Shown: in pieces, positions 1 through 9,853 of the stretch | How the letters are laid out: every line of letters starts with the position of its first letter | Position numbering within the stretch: the stretch's first letter is position 1 | From: Pedosphaera sp. | GTDB lineage: Bacteria > Verrucomicrobiota > Verrucomicrobiia > Limisphaerales > SIBH01 | Length of the DNA stretch: 30,111 bases | Direction: 5' to 3' | Assembly (NCBI GenBank): GCA_031414955.1 | Contig: JANOQV010000092.1 | Span: 1-30,111, forward strand | Notes under the pieces: generated by a model | The model's input: the letters and a program-made list of their open reading frames with translations, nothing else | Database searches by the model: none | Told to the model about the DNA's origin: nothing | Program-made: the position numbers and the translations under genes

Positions 1-504
1 GCTGGCGGTCACGTCCGGCAGGCCCTCATACACTTCATACTTCGGCGTCGCCGCGTTGCCCCCAGCGTCAATCGCCCCGTTGATCACCGTCCGACCCAGG
101 ATCACCACGCCTCCCCACAGGCCCCGCGCCGTCGCACCCCACAGCGGCATGTCGTCCGGCAGGAACGGGTCATCCGCCTCGGCCGTGAAAATAATGGGAT
201 TCTTGGCCGTGCCCTCGGCGAAAATCTTCGCGTCGCGGCAGATGACGAGGGCCGAGATATTGGTGCTGTCGGTGCCGAGGTTGTGGCCCTTGATCACCGT
301 GCCCGCCTCGATGTTGAGCACGCCGCCCGCGCGCACGAAGACCATGCCGTTCAACTGATAGGTGTTGGTGCGATACCAGCGATGCGTGCCGGACAGGTAG
401 CCGGTCACGATGGTGTTGGCCGCATGACTGAGACCGGTCGCGAGCAGCCCCGCGCCGAGAAGTGCCGCCAGAATGAAGCGGCGTTTGATGGAATTCATTA
501 TCAT
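1..504 (-). CDS. Secreted protein, likely right-handed beta-helix/pectin-lyase-like, of the type found next to TonB-dependent receptors (N-terminal part; runs off the window)
   Basis: Not in the ORF track. Manual translation from ATG 504 (or 498) is open to base 1: MIMNSIKRRFILAALLGAGLLATGLSHA|ANTIVTGYLSGTHRWYRTNTYQLNGMVFVRAGGVLNIEAGTVIKG...ALVICRDAKIFAEGTAKNPIIFTAEAD...GLWGGVVILGR. Has a signal peptide and the motifs L.IE.GT.IKG, GTA..PI.FT and WGG...LG. Confidence 0.8.
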   Translation of the reverse strand, partial: MIMNSIKRRFILAALLGAGLLATGLSHAANTIVTGYLSGTHRWYRTNTYQLNGMVFVRAGGVLNIEAGTVIKGHNLGTDSTNISALVICRDAKIFAEGTAKNPIIFTAEADDPFLPDDMPLWGATARGLWGGVVILGRTVINGAIDAGGNAATPKYEVYEGLPDVTAS

Positions 505-788
505 AAGTTTTTTGTTATGGTTGCGGGCCAAGCCTGCCGCATGGATTTGCCGGATTCATGGCGACGTCGCAACAAGGGAGTGACTTGGAGGGAGTTTTCA
601 TGTCCGCCAAATGTGTGTTCTGGGAGTAAACGCAATTACGATCCAGCGTCTGGCGGAGGAGGAGCGGACCTTCACTTGCGGTTTGAGCTGGAGACAGGCC
701 GTCCAGGAAAAGTTGACGCTCACGCAGGGGGCGTTGGAAACGAGGTGATAAGGCGCGCGGATGAATCCGGCGGACGGTCGCACCCAAA

Positions 789-3704
789 TCAGAACTCCGC
801 CGTGAGGCTCAGGGCAAAAGTTCGGCCGCGCTTGAAGGACGAATAAACGCTGCCATCGGGACTCGATCCGTAGGTCCGGACGAAATCAGGATCGAGCACG
901 TTGCGGACGGAAAACCGGGCCGAGCATTTTTTCCAAAGTCTCTGGCTGATCGACAGGTCGAGACTGATGGGCGGGTGTTCGTAAATGTCCGGCGACTGCG
1001 ACTTCACGATGACCAGGCGTTCCCCGGTGAGATTCGCACCCACGGCCAGCGTGGTGCCGGAAGTCGGATGGGCATAGGTCATGTCCAGATTGATGATGTA
1101 AGGAGACTGGTCGTAAAGCGGCCGCGTCTTGGGCGTGCGCGGGTCACTGTCCCTTTTGTTGGACAACTCGTCCTTGGTCAGGGTGGTGGTGGACTCGATG
1201 AGCGTGACATTCGCCCCCAGGCTCAATCCCTTCAGACCGTCGGCCAGGAACCCCATCGACTTCCGCACCTCGAATTCCGCGCCCATGACTTTAGCGGCGC
1301 CATTGGTGCGGTTGATCCAAGTCACCACCATGTCATCCACCGTCCTCGAATACAGCTCGATGGGCCGCTCGATCTCCTTGTAAAAAACGCCCACGCTCAC
1401 TACGTCACCCGGGGCGGGAAACCATTCCAAACGCGCGTCGCAGCTCTGGATGGAGACCATTTGCAAATCGGGATTGCCGAAGGCGATCAAATCCTCGTCC
1501 GGCAGAAAGTTGGCGACGTTGGCCTTCTCACGAAAACTGGGCCGGGCCAGCGTTTCGCCATAGCCCAGGCGCAGATTGAGATTGGTGTAGAGCGTGATGA
1601 CGGTGCTGGCGGAAGGGAGCAAATCCGTCTGATCGATCAGGGAGCTGCCCGAGTCCGCGTCGATGTTCATCATCGTTTTCTCCAGGCGCGCGCCGCCGAT
1701 GAAGCGAAGCCAGGGCCGGGGAGCAACGTCCGCCATGAGGTAACCGGCCGTGATGTCGAGAGACGCGGCGTAAGGGTGGTTGAAGGCGTTGCCGATATAT
1801 CGCTGAAAACCGTAGTTGGTGCGGCCTACTCCGCTGGAGGTGTTTCCCAGATAATCGGCGACATAGCGCAGGTAGGCCGGATCATCCAGATAGGAATTGG
1901 GATCCTTCGGATCAAATCCGTTCGAAAGGTTGTAGGCAAAATACTGCTCGCGAAACTCGCGCTCGTTGTTGCTGCTGTAAAAGCCCGCCTTGAATTTGCT
2001 GTCCTCCTCAATCACGGGCAGGAACGACAAGGGCAGCGTCCAATCGAGCCGATAGTTGAAGCCGTCCTCCCGGATCTCGCGGAAATAGCGGGCCGGAAAC
2101 TGTGGCGTGGGCAGGGCCGAGTCCCCGAATTGCGCCTGGCCATCGGTCGAGACGAAATAATTCATGTACCGATTGTCCGGTTCATCCTGCGAGGTGTTGG
2201 CGAGGCCCACCACCCAGTCCACTTTGGATTGGGCCAGGATGGGGAACTCGTGGTGCCCGCGGTACTGGTAGTTGAAAATCTGCCGGTCGGTGTAACGAAG
2301 CTGCCATTGGTCCAGCGACTCATCGCGCCCCTCCACGAAGGAATTGTGCGTGTAGCGCGCCTCCTCATCAATGCTCCGGGCCAGCATAAAGTTGAACCCC
2401 ACCTCATGCTCGGGGGAAAGGGCGTAGCCCACGTTGACGTTGGCCCCGTAGTCCGTGCCGATGTTGCTGCGGGTTTGGACGCCGAGGCGTTTCGGCTTGG
2501 TGATTTCGGTGGCATAGCGGCCCACCTCCATCTCCTCCAGCAGGTTGAAATTGCGCTTGTAGTTGATCCCGGCAAACAGCCCGAGATTTTGTCCGAACAG
2601 CGTCGGGACCGTGCCACCGCCGGAGACATCGAAGCTCGAGTTCAAGGGCGACGATTTCGACACCCCGGCAAAATTCGCGAGGCCCACACTTTGCATCAAG
2701 TCCTGGACCTCCCGGGCGGCCTGGGCACGATCATTCGCCCGGAGTTGCGTTTCGCGGGAACTGGCCGGCCCGGGCGGTGCGGGCACGGAATTGATTCCGT
2801 ACAACTCCGGGCTCAAGGCTCTCGGCCCGGAAGGCAGGGCAAACATCTCCATCGGACTGTTGGGGTCGGCGAGGAAATTTTTCTTCAGGTTCGAGTTCGG
2901 GTTGTAGGAATTGCCATAGGTGCCCTTGACGAACGGCTTCTCAGGAAATGACTTGGTCGTGATGTCAATCGTGCCGCCGCCCGTGCCGCCGGGCTGGTCG
3001 GGCGTGAACGTCTTGCTCACGGAGATGCGATCGATCATCGCGGCCGGAAACAAATCGAGCTGCGGCGACATGCGATAGGGATCAGCGCTGGGCACCTCCA
3101 CGCCGTTGAGCAGCGTGCGGGTGTAACGGTCGGACAGTCCGCGCACCACCGCGTATTTGCCGCCCACGACTGACACGCCGGTGACCCGCTGGACAATGGC
3201 TCCGGCGTCGCTGGCCCCCAGCTTGGAGAAGTCCGCGTTGCTGACCGTATCGACCATCTTCTCCGAGTTCTGCCGCTCAAACATGATCTTCTCCGTCTGC
3301 TCGGTGAACTCCTCGGCCGTGACCTCGACCTCCTCCATGTCGAAAAACTCCGGCCGCAGGTTTCCGTTCACGGTCGTGGTCTGGCCGATGATGACCCGCA
3401 CCTCCGAAACCACGGTGGAGGCGAAGCCGCCCTTGGAGAATCGCAGCACCTGCTCGCCCGGAGGCACGTTCTTCAACTCATACCGGCCGGTGGCATCCGT
3501 CTGCACGGCCAGCGTGGTGCCGCGCACCGTGACCACCACGGCGGAGATGGGAGAACTGTTCCAGGTGTTCACAACCAGGCCGGCCACGGAGCCGCCCGCT
3601 TCCTGCGAACGCAACGTGCCGCTGCTGACGAGCAGAGTCAGCAACGCGAGCGCGGCGCGAAACCAACCAGGTCCAAAAATCCAAGCAGCCTTCAAGTCAC
3701 CCAT
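789..3704 (-). CDS. TonB-dependent receptor with N-terminal carboxypeptidase-regulatory-like domain
   Basis: Signal-peptide-like segment after MGDLK (ATG 3704); N-domain 'TDATGRYELKNVPPGEQVLRFSKGGF'; plug 'RVTGVSVVGGKYAVVRGLSDRY'; barrel 'ARPSFREK..GNPDL'; C-terminal Phe. The ORF track starts at 3890, but that extension is low-complexity and repeat-derived. Confidence 0.92.
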   Translation of the reverse strand: MGDLKAAWIFGPGWFRAALALLTLLVSSGTLRSQEAGGSVAGLVVNTWNSSPISAVVVTVRGTTLAVQTDATGRYELKNVPPGEQVLRFSKGGFASTVVSEVRVIIGQTTTVNGNLRPEFFDMEEVEVTAEEFTEQTEKIMFERQNSEKMVDTVSNADFSKLGASDAGAIVQRVTGVSVVGGKYAVVRGLSDRYTRTLLNGVEVPSADPYRMSPQLDLFPAAMIDRISVSKTFTPDQPGGTGGGTIDITTKSFPEKPFVKGTYGNSYNPNSNLKKNFLADPNSPMEMFALPSGPRALSPELYGINSVPAPPGPASSRETQLRANDRAQAAREVQDLMQSVGLANFAGVSKSSPLNSSFDVSGGGTVPTLFGQNLGLFAGINYKRNFNLLEEMEVGRYATEITKPKRLGVQTRSNIGTDYGANVNVGYALSPEHEVGFNFMLARSIDEEARYTHNSFVEGRDESLDQWQLRYTDRQIFNYQYRGHHEFPILAQSKVDWVVGLANTSQDEPDNRYMNYFVSTDGQAQFGDSALPTPQFPARYFREIREDGFNYRLDWTLPLSFLPVIEEDSKFKAGFYSSNNEREFREQYFAYNLSNGFDPKDPNSYLDDPAYLRYVADYLGNTSSGVGRTNYGFQRYIGNAFNHPYAASLDITAGYLMADVAPRPWLRFIGGARLEKTMMNIDADSGSSLIDQTDLLPSASTVITLYTNLNLRLGYGETLARPSFREKANVANFLPDEDLIAFGNPDLQMVSIQSCDARLEWFPAPGDVVSVGVFYKEIERPIELYSRTVDDMVVTWINRTNGAAKVMGAEFEVRKSMGFLADGLKGLSLGANVTLIESTTTLTKDELSNKRDSDPRTPKTRPLYDQSPYIINLDMTYAHPTSGTTLAVGANLTGERLVIVKSQSPDIYEHPPISLDLSISQRLWKKCSARFSVRNVLDPDFVRTYGSSPDGSVYSSFKRGRTFALSLTAEF

Positions 3705-3788
3705 TCCAATTCGCCGCCCGGCGGCACTGGGTGTTCGCGACAAGGCCAAGGCCGGGGCCAGATGGAGCTTGGGCGAGAGAGGCGCTTC

Positions 3789-3824
3789 TGGAGTAGAAGG
3801 GTGGAAGGGTGGAGTTTGGAGTTT
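3789..3824. repeat. Short 7-8-bp tandem repeat (GGAGT/GGAAGGGT units)
   Basis: tggagtagaagggtggaagggtggagtttggagttt between the TPR gene and the receptor start. Confidence 0.5.
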
Positions 3825-3911
3825 CGCCAAAGTTTGCGACTCACACCGCACGGGCTCGATTTCCATTCGGGAACTCATGTCAGGTTGCACAGGTCGGTGT
3901 GGTGGTGCGGT

Positions 3912-5369
3912 TCAACCGCGTCCGGCCCGGGCGAGTTGCTCCACCTTGTCCAGGTAGCGCTGCACATTCTCGCGGTGCTTCGCCTTTTGCGCTTTGCGCA
4001 GCAGGTCGGCCGCTTCCGTGTATTTCTGCGACTTGACCAGCAACTGCGCCTGCTTCACGAAGGCGTCCGCCTCGAAGCCCTCGATCTTGGAAGCCGCGTC
4101 GAAACGGTCCGTCGCTTTCCCCGGTTGATCGTTGCGCGCGTAATAGTCGCCAGCCAGGAGCAGCGCCTCGCCATCCAAGGGATTCTTGTCCTTGATCAGT
4201 TCCAGCGTCTGGATGGCTTTCTCGCCTTCGCCCGTGGCCATCGCCACCTTGGCTTCCAGCTTCAACAGCTTGAGTTCGTCCTCGCCGCCCAGGCTCGTGG
4301 ACACTTCGCGAATCTTGGCGAAGAGTTTCTTCGCTTCCTCCCAGGCGCTGCGGCTCACCAGAATCGTCGCCGGACGCAGCAACGACTTGGTCGGACTTTT
4401 GCCGCCGTCCTTCTCGATCGCTTCCAGATAGCTCACCAGCGCGAGATCCTTCGCTTCCTGGTTCATGTAGAGATCGCCCAGGAGGAAGAGCGACTTGGCA
4501 TCGGCCTTGCCCAGACGGCGGAGCAATTCGAGGCTGACCAGCGCCTTGGCCGGCTGTTCCTTCCGGAGATAGACGTTGGCCTGCAGACTCCAAAGATTGT
4601 CCTGCTCCGGATATTGAAGAATCAGTTCGTCGAGCAGGGCGAGGGCGTAATCGTTGTTGCCGGCGGCCAGCGCGCAGCGCACCAGGGCCAGCTTGAACTC
4701 CTTCTTGTCTGGATCAAAAACCATGGCCTGCTTGAAGGCGCCCTCGGCGGAGGCATACCGGCCCAGGTTCATGTAGGCGTTGCCGAGCAGCGCATAGACC
4801 GCGATGTCGCCGCCGCCCTGCGCAATGGTCTTGACCAGGGCTTTGGCCGCTTCTTCGTGGCGCTCGCTGCGGGCCAGGGCCAGGGCCAGACTTTTTTGGG
4901 CGCGGCGAAATTCCTTGTACTTGGTCAGGGCGTTCTCGAAGCTCTTCACCGCGTTGGTCAAATCGCCGCCGTCGAACTGGAGCGTGCCGAGCTGAAAGTC
5001 GAAGAGAGCGCTCACCCCGGGCTGCTTCACGCGCGCTTCGAGCAAGGGCAAAGCCTCGGCGCGGTTCGTCCCTTTCCAAATGGCCACGATCTTGTTGGTG
5101 TAGAAATTTAGGTCCTCGCCCTTGAGCGCCGGTTCGACTTCCGGGAGGAATCCGTAGTTCGCGAGCAGCCGGCGCGCGACCTCGGGATCGTTCCAGAACG
5201 GGGCCAGCTCATGATCCGCGGGCAGCGGCGCGAAGGTGGCGGGACCGGTCGGAACCGGAGCCGGCGCGTCCACCTTGTCTTTCTTCGCCGCCGCCCAAGC
5301 AGGCAGCGCGAGCAGCCACAACAAGGTCACCAGGTTCAAAGGGTTCATTCGCTTCATAGGGTCTTTCAT
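3912..5369 (-). CDS. Exported tetratricopeptide-repeat protein (TtpD-like position in a TonB2-type cluster)
   Basis: Signal peptide (LNLVTLLWLLALPAWA) and many TPR-like helices (LGNAYMNLGRYASAEGAFKQAM). Start taken at MKDPMKR, just after the tonB stop. Confidence 0.85.
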   Translation of the reverse strand: MKDPMKRMNPLNLVTLLWLLALPAWAAAKKDKVDAPAPVPTGPATFAPLPADHELAPFWNDPEVARRLLANYGFLPEVEPALKGEDLNFYTNKIVAIWKGTNRAEALPLLEARVKQPGVSALFDFQLGTLQFDGGDLTNAVKSFENALTKYKEFRRAQKSLALALARSERHEEAAKALVKTIAQGGGDIAVYALLGNAYMNLGRYASAEGAFKQAMVFDPDKKEFKLALVRCALAAGNNDYALALLDELILQYPEQDNLWSLQANVYLRKEQPAKALVSLELLRRLGKADAKSLFLLGDLYMNQEAKDLALVSYLEAIEKDGGKSPTKSLLRPATILVSRSAWEEAKKLFAKIREVSTSLGGEDELKLLKLEAKVAMATGEGEKAIQTLELIKDKNPLDGEALLLAGDYYARNDQPGKATDRFDAASKIEGFEADAFVKQAQLLVKSQKYTEAADLLRKAQKAKHRENVQRYLDKVEQLARAGRG

Positions 5370-5394
5370 GAAAAGTGGGTGGGGATGCGTCCGG

Positions 5395-6054
5395 TCATTT
5401 CGTGAGGCGGAAAGCAAACGGGTAACGAAGATAGGTGGCGACGTCTTTGCCGTCCTTGACGCCGGGTCGGAACTTCCACTTCCGAATGGCCTCGAGCGCC
5501 GGCTTTTCAAACTCCGGCCGCGAGGAGTTCTCGACTTGCGCTTCCTCGACCCGGCCCTGCGCACTGACCAGGCAAAGGATCGTCACGGCCCCTTCGATTT
5601 TGGCTTTGCGCAGATCCGACGGGTAAACAGGTGCGACCTGCGACACGGCTTCGGGCCGCTTTTCCAGTTCGCTCATGTCCACGATCTCGGTCCCCGCCTC
5701 CTGCACCGCCGCCGTTTTCTGAATCTCTCCGAGACCGCTGAACGCGCCGCCGCTGCCTTCCACGGACTCGATGTCGGTATTAAAGGTCATCTTCTGCGGC
5801 TCAGCGGCCAGGGCCAGTTCCGGCGGTTTCTCCTCGGGCTTGTCCGGCGGAGGCGGAGGCGGAGGCGCGTCCTGATCTACCGGCGGGGGCAAATCGACCG
5901 TCTTCGCACTGCTCAGTTGCACCATGCTCTTGGGCGTGGCGATGACGTGGGAGAAAGGGATGATGGCGAACAAAACTCCGGCGACGCCCACGCCGATGAT
6001 CACCGCCAGGGCGACCCCCGTTCTGCTTTTCTCCGCGTGATAGACCTTGCGCAT
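5395..6054 (-). CDS. tonB: Energy transducer TonB
   Basis: N-terminal TM helix, Pro-rich linker (PPPPPPPDKPEEKPP), C-terminal domain 'PVYPSDLRKAKIEGAV...ALEAIRKWKFRPG'. Confidence 0.93.
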   Translation of the reverse strand: MRKVYHAEKSRTGVALAVIIGVGVAGVLFAIIPFSHVIATPKSMVQLSSAKTVDLPPPVDQDAPPPPPPPDKPEEKPPELALAAEPQKMTFNTDIESVEGSGGAFSGLGEIQKTAAVQEAGTEIVDMSELEKRPEAVSQVAPVYPSDLRKAKIEGAVTILCLVSAQGRVEEAQVENSSRPEFEKPALEAIRKWKFRPGVKDGKDVATYLRYPFAFRLTK

Positions 6055-6073
6055 GGCTTCCTCGTCAAACTCC

Positions 6074-6481
6074 TCAACCCTTGTCCATGGCCAGGCTCAC
6101 GTCCTTGGCCCCGCCCATCTTTGCCTCGTCGATGACCTTGATCACGATGCCGGAGCGCGAACTCTCCTCGGTCTGGATGAGCACCGGCAGGGACTCGGTT
6201 CCGCAGAGGCGCTTCACGGTGGGCCGCACCCCGTTGACTCCAATTTCGCGGCCGTCGTGGAAAATTTTCCCCTCGCCCGTGATCATCAGGATGATGCTCT
6301 TGGACTCCGACTGTTGCTGCGAAGCGCCCGGCTTGGGCTTGTCCACCGCCACGCCGACGTCCTCCATCATGCTGGTGGTGGAGATGAAGAAGATGAGCAG
6401 GAACATGATCACGTCGATGAGCGGAATGAGGTTCAACTCAATCGGCTCCTCCGGCTCGCTCAATGATCGGCGCAATTTCAT
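6074..6481 (-). CDS. exbD: Biopolymer transport protein ExbD (copy 2)
   Basis: 'LNLIPLIDVIMFLLIFFI' TM segment with conserved Asp; C-terminal 'VIDEAKMGGAKDVSL'. Confidence 0.93.
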   Translation of the reverse strand: MKLRRSLSEPEEPIELNLIPLIDVIMFLLIFFISTTSMMEDVGVAVDKPKPGASQQQSESKSIILMITGEGKIFHDGREIGVNGVRPTVKRLCGTESLPVLIQTEESSRSGIVIKVIDEAKMGGAKDVSLAMDKG

Positions 6482-6511
6482 GATGTCGTCGGTTGCAATG
6501 CGTGGCTGATC

Positions 6512-6916
6512 TCAACCTCGATCCGTGGAGATATGAACTTCTTTGGCTCCGCCCAGCTTGGCCTCGTCCAGCACTCGAATGAGCACGCCGGAGTGGGACT
6601 CCTTGTCCGTCTGGATGACCACGGGAAGTTTCTCCTTGGCGCAAAGGCGCTTGACCGTGGGGCGCACCCCGCCCAGCCCGATCTCCTTGCCGCCGTAGGC
6701 CACCTTGCCGTCCGCCGTCACGGCGAAGATGATGCTGTTCTTGGCCAGTTGCTTGGCGCTGGCGGCCCGCGATTTCTCGACCTGCACGCCCGGCTCCTCG
6801 ATGAAGCTGGTGGTGGAGATGAAGAAGATGAGCAGGAACATGATCACGTCGATGAGCGGAATCAGGTTCAGCTCAATCGGCCCATCGGCCTCTTCCAATT
6901 CACGGCGAAACCTCAT
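6512..6916 (-). CDS. exbD: Biopolymer transport protein ExbD (copy 1)
   Basis: Same TM motif; overlaps the exbB stop by 4 nt. Confidence 0.93.
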   Translation of the reverse strand: MRFRRELEEADGPIELNLIPLIDVIMFLLIFFISTTSFIEEPGVQVEKSRAASAKQLAKNSIIFAVTADGKVAYGGKEIGLGGVRPTVKRLCAKEKLPVVIQTDKESHSGVLIRVLDEAKLGGAKEVHISTDRG

Positions 6917-7596
6917 GCGAGCGCGTGTTTAGTGATCGGGGTCGAGACGGCCGGGGTCTTGACCGCCGGCTGGTTGTTACGCACGAAGCGCTGCGTCATG
7001 CCGCCGAAGCTCGGACGGAAGTAGCGCAGGGTGATGCCTTCGAGGCGCGCGAGGAAGGACACATATTCATTGCGCCAGCGCTTGGCGACATGGGCCATCA
7101 TGAAGCCCGGCACCGCCACCATCATGCCCGTCTGGGTCGCAATCAGCGCCTCGCTGATACCGCGGGCGATGATGTCCGAGGTGGAATTGCCGCCCACGCC
7201 GATAGCCTTGAAGGTGAGCAACATGCCCAGCACCGTGCCGAGCAGGCCGAAGAGCGGCGCGGAAACCACGATGACATTCAGGAAGGCGATGCGGCGATCC
7301 ACGTCGCGCACCTCGCCGGCCTCGACTTCTCGGAAACGACCCTCGATATCGGCCAGCGACTGCACCTCGTCCTGCGTGTAACGAACCAGTTCACGCACTG
7401 ACTTCGGGGAGTCCTCCGGCTTGCCAACCCAGCGGCGCAGATCGGCGTCCGAGGCGCGGGTCAGGCCGCGGTGATAGAGCTTGATGAGCAGAAGGGCCGC
7501 CGTGCTGTACATCACGACGCCCAACGCGAAGAGCGCGCCCATGACCCAGCCGCCGGTGGTCCAAGCGTGAACCATTTGTTGGAGGGTTGCATTCAT
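6913..7596 (-). CDS. exbB: MotA/TolQ/ExbB proton channel protein
   Basis: 'APLFGLLGTVLGM...GISEALIATQTGMMVAVP' motif. Confidence 0.92.
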   Translation of the reverse strand: MNATLQQMVHAWTTGGWVMGALFALGVVMYSTAALLLIKLYHRGLTRASDADLRRWVGKPEDSPKSVRELVRYTQDEVQSLADIEGRFREVEAGEVRDVDRRIAFLNVIVVSAPLFGLLGTVLGMLLTFKAIGVGGNSTSDIIARGISEALIATQTGMMVAVPGFMMAHVAKRWRNEYVSFLARLEGITLRYFRPSFGGMTQRFVRNNQPAVKTPAVSTPITKHALA

Positions 7597-7629
7597 ACGA
7601 TTTTTTTTGCCGCGGCGTTTGAGTTTGAA

Positions 7630-9075
7630 TCAGACAAAAGTTTTTTCCTCGCTGGGCAGACCATTGATGAAGCCGACCGCCGTCTGCTCCATGCTGCCGA
7701 TGATGCCCTTGGCCTTGCGGTTCAAGAAGGCGTGGAGCAGCAGCGCCGGAATGGCCACGCCCATGCCGGAGGCAGTGGCGATGAGCGCCTCGGAGATGCC
7801 GGCGGCCAGCACCTTCGGGTCGCCGCTGCCGAAACTCGAAATCATCTTGAAGGTCGCAATCATGCCCATGACGGTGCCGAGCAGTCCCATGAGCGGGCCG
7901 ACCGTGGCGGTGAGGGCAAGGAAGGAGAGGCCGCGATCCAGTTTGGTGCGCGCCGCCAGCATCTTCTCGTACACCACTTCCTCGATGTATTCCTTCTTCT
8001 CGTCCATGTGCTCGACCGCCGTGGTCAGGAGATCGCCCGCCATGCCCGGAATGCTGCGCGCATGGGCCAGCGCCTTCTCGGGTTGCCGTTCTTCGACGTG
8101 GCGCAGCACCGTTTGCAAATCCCCTTCGCTGGCCGTGCGAATGCGGATGAGCTGAATCCATTTGAAGAAGGCCACGATGAGCGCGCAGAAGCCCAGGCCG
8201 AGCAACGGCACCATGACCCAGCCACCGGCGGCGATCTTCTCGTAAAGACTTTCCTCCATGGCCGAGAGCTTGAAGGCGTTGCCCAGCGTCGGGTCGATCG
8301 CGAGCTGGCCCCGCCCGGTGGTCACCAGCGCGCGGCTCGCCTCGGTGATGGCCTTGTCCGTGTCGGCGACGGTGGGATCGGTCTTGTTCAATTCCTGCTG
8401 GAGCAATCCCGCGACCTGCCCGGAGGCATCCGCGAACACCGCCACCGGACCGACCAGGCCGACCTTGCCCTGCTGGACCCGGCCCTGTTTGTCGAGGGCC
8501 CGGCCGTCAAAGGTGTCACCGCCCAGCGCCGCTTCGGAGCGCTGGAGCGAAGTGGTGAGCAAGGCCGACCGTTGCGCGAAGCGTTGCGCCGGAGTGAGAT
8601 CGGGAGCGGCCGCCGCCTTGTCCACGGCGTCAAACATCGAGGCGTAGCGCGGCTCCTCCACAAAGGTGATCTTGGCCCGAAGCTGGCGGCCGTACTCACT
8701 GAGCAGCGCTTCCAGAAATTTTACTTCCTCGGTGGTCTTGCGCGCTTCGGTCTTGAGCTGGTTCAAGGCCGCGAGCTGGTTGGCCTGCGACTGGTCGGCC
8801 TTGGCGAACTCGGCCTTGCGGTCGATCAGCTTCTGCTCCAGCTCGCTGAGCTGGCGCCCGAGCGGCAGTCGCTCCGCCTCGACTTCCTTGCGCGCCGCCG
8901 CCAGATCAGCCAGCGCCTTTTGCAAGTCGGCCGAGACCGCCGTGGAGACAGCCTCCAAATCCTGCGCGCGCAAATCGGCGCGGCCAGGCAGCCACAGTGT
9001 CAGAGTAACGAGAACGAGAGGAACCAAGTGCTTCATGCGATGTGGGATAAAGGTTTTGAAAGGGCGGGCGCTCAT
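7630..9075 (-). CDS. Large MotA/TolQ/ExbB-family protein with N-terminal periplasmic coiled-coil domain (TtpC-like)
   Basis: Signal peptide (alternative start MKHLV at 9036), coiled coil, C-terminal 'GPLMGLLGTVMGMIATF...GISEALIATASGMGVAIP'. Confidence 0.9.
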   Translation of the reverse strand: MSARPFKTFIPHRMKHLVPLVLVTLTLWLPGRADLRAQDLEAVSTAVSADLQKALADLAAARKEVEAERLPLGRQLSELEQKLIDRKAEFAKADQSQANQLAALNQLKTEARKTTEEVKFLEALLSEYGRQLRAKITFVEEPRYASMFDAVDKAAAAPDLTPAQRFAQRSALLTTSLQRSEAALGGDTFDGRALDKQGRVQQGKVGLVGPVAVFADASGQVAGLLQQELNKTDPTVADTDKAITEASRALVTTGRGQLAIDPTLGNAFKLSAMEESLYEKIAAGGWVMVPLLGLGFCALIVAFFKWIQLIRIRTASEGDLQTVLRHVEERQPEKALAHARSIPGMAGDLLTTAVEHMDEKKEYIEEVVYEKMLAARTKLDRGLSFLALTATVGPLMGLLGTVMGMIATFKMISSFGSGDPKVLAAGISEALIATASGMGVAIPALLLHAFLNRKAKGIIGSMEQTAVGFINGLPSEEKTFV

Positions 9076-9830
9076 TTGATCACGGCCGGGAGCGACACAA
9101 ATTTGGCCGGACGCTCATTGCGATAAATGCGGATGACCTCGCGCACCTGGCCGGCGATCTCAGGCTGAGTGGACCATTCCCAGCCCGTGGCCCCGGGCGT
9201 GCCCAGGCCCGCAAAGTCACCCGAATCGTTGACGAAGTATCCCGCACCCAGGCCGATGTACACGGTCTCCACCGACACCTCCGCGCCGGCGGCGTTCTTG
9301 CGCTTCTCGCTGAAGACGTTGAGGGCGTTGTTGAATTTATCCAGCTCGTTGAGGATGGCCACGATGGCCTGGACGCGCTCGGTGGCTTTCATCTGGGTGT
9401 TCGTGCCTTCGGCCGGCAGGCGCGCGAAGAGCGGCTTGAGAATGTCCTGCAACGGATCGGGCAGGCGCGGGGCCAGCGCCCGAATCTTGCCCTCGAACTC
9501 GACGGCGAACTGCTGCGCCGGAGCCAGCCCTTCGTTCGACGCCTTGATCGAGGCCTCGGTCTCGGCGCGTTCCTTCTCCGCCTGGACGTTGTTGGTCGTG
9601 AGCTTGGAGAACTTCTCCTCCACGCCCTTCAACTCGCGCTCCAGAATCAGCACGGTCTGCTGGAGGGTCTCCTTGTCCGACTGCCAGTCGGTGCGCGTCT
9701 TGGAAACCAGTCCGCGCGCCTCCACCCATTTCTCCAGGGTGCCGCGGGTGGCCGAAAGTTTGTCACTGGAATCAGCGCCCATCGCCACGAGGCCGGCGGT
9801 CAGGATGGCTGCCATCAGGGTTCGTTTCAT
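9072..9830 (-). CDS. DUF3450-family (TtpB-like) exported coiled-coil protein
   Basis: Signal peptide MKRTLMAAILTAGLVAMGA, coiled coil, 'VETVYIGLGAGYFV...WEW...FVSLP'. Directly upstream of the TtpC-like gene, as in TonB2 clusters. Confidence 0.8.
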   Translation of the reverse strand: MKRTLMAAILTAGLVAMGADSSDKLSATRGTLEKWVEARGLVSKTRTDWQSDKETLQQTVLILERELKGVEEKFSKLTTNNVQAEKERAETEASIKASNEGLAPAQQFAVEFEGKIRALAPRLPDPLQDILKPLFARLPAEGTNTQMKATERVQAIVAILNELDKFNNALNVFSEKRKNAAGAEVSVETVYIGLGAGYFVNDSGDFAGLGTPGATGWEWSTQPEIAGQVREVIRIYRNERPAKFVSLPAVIK

Positions 9831-9853
9831 GGCGCTCACACTAATGAGCCGAA

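Noticed and set aside
3705..3890. 62-aa N-terminal extension of the TonB-dependent receptor
   Set aside because: Pro/Ser-rich, overlaps a tandem repeat tract and precedes the signal peptide; probably non-coding, though an upstream start cannot be excluded.
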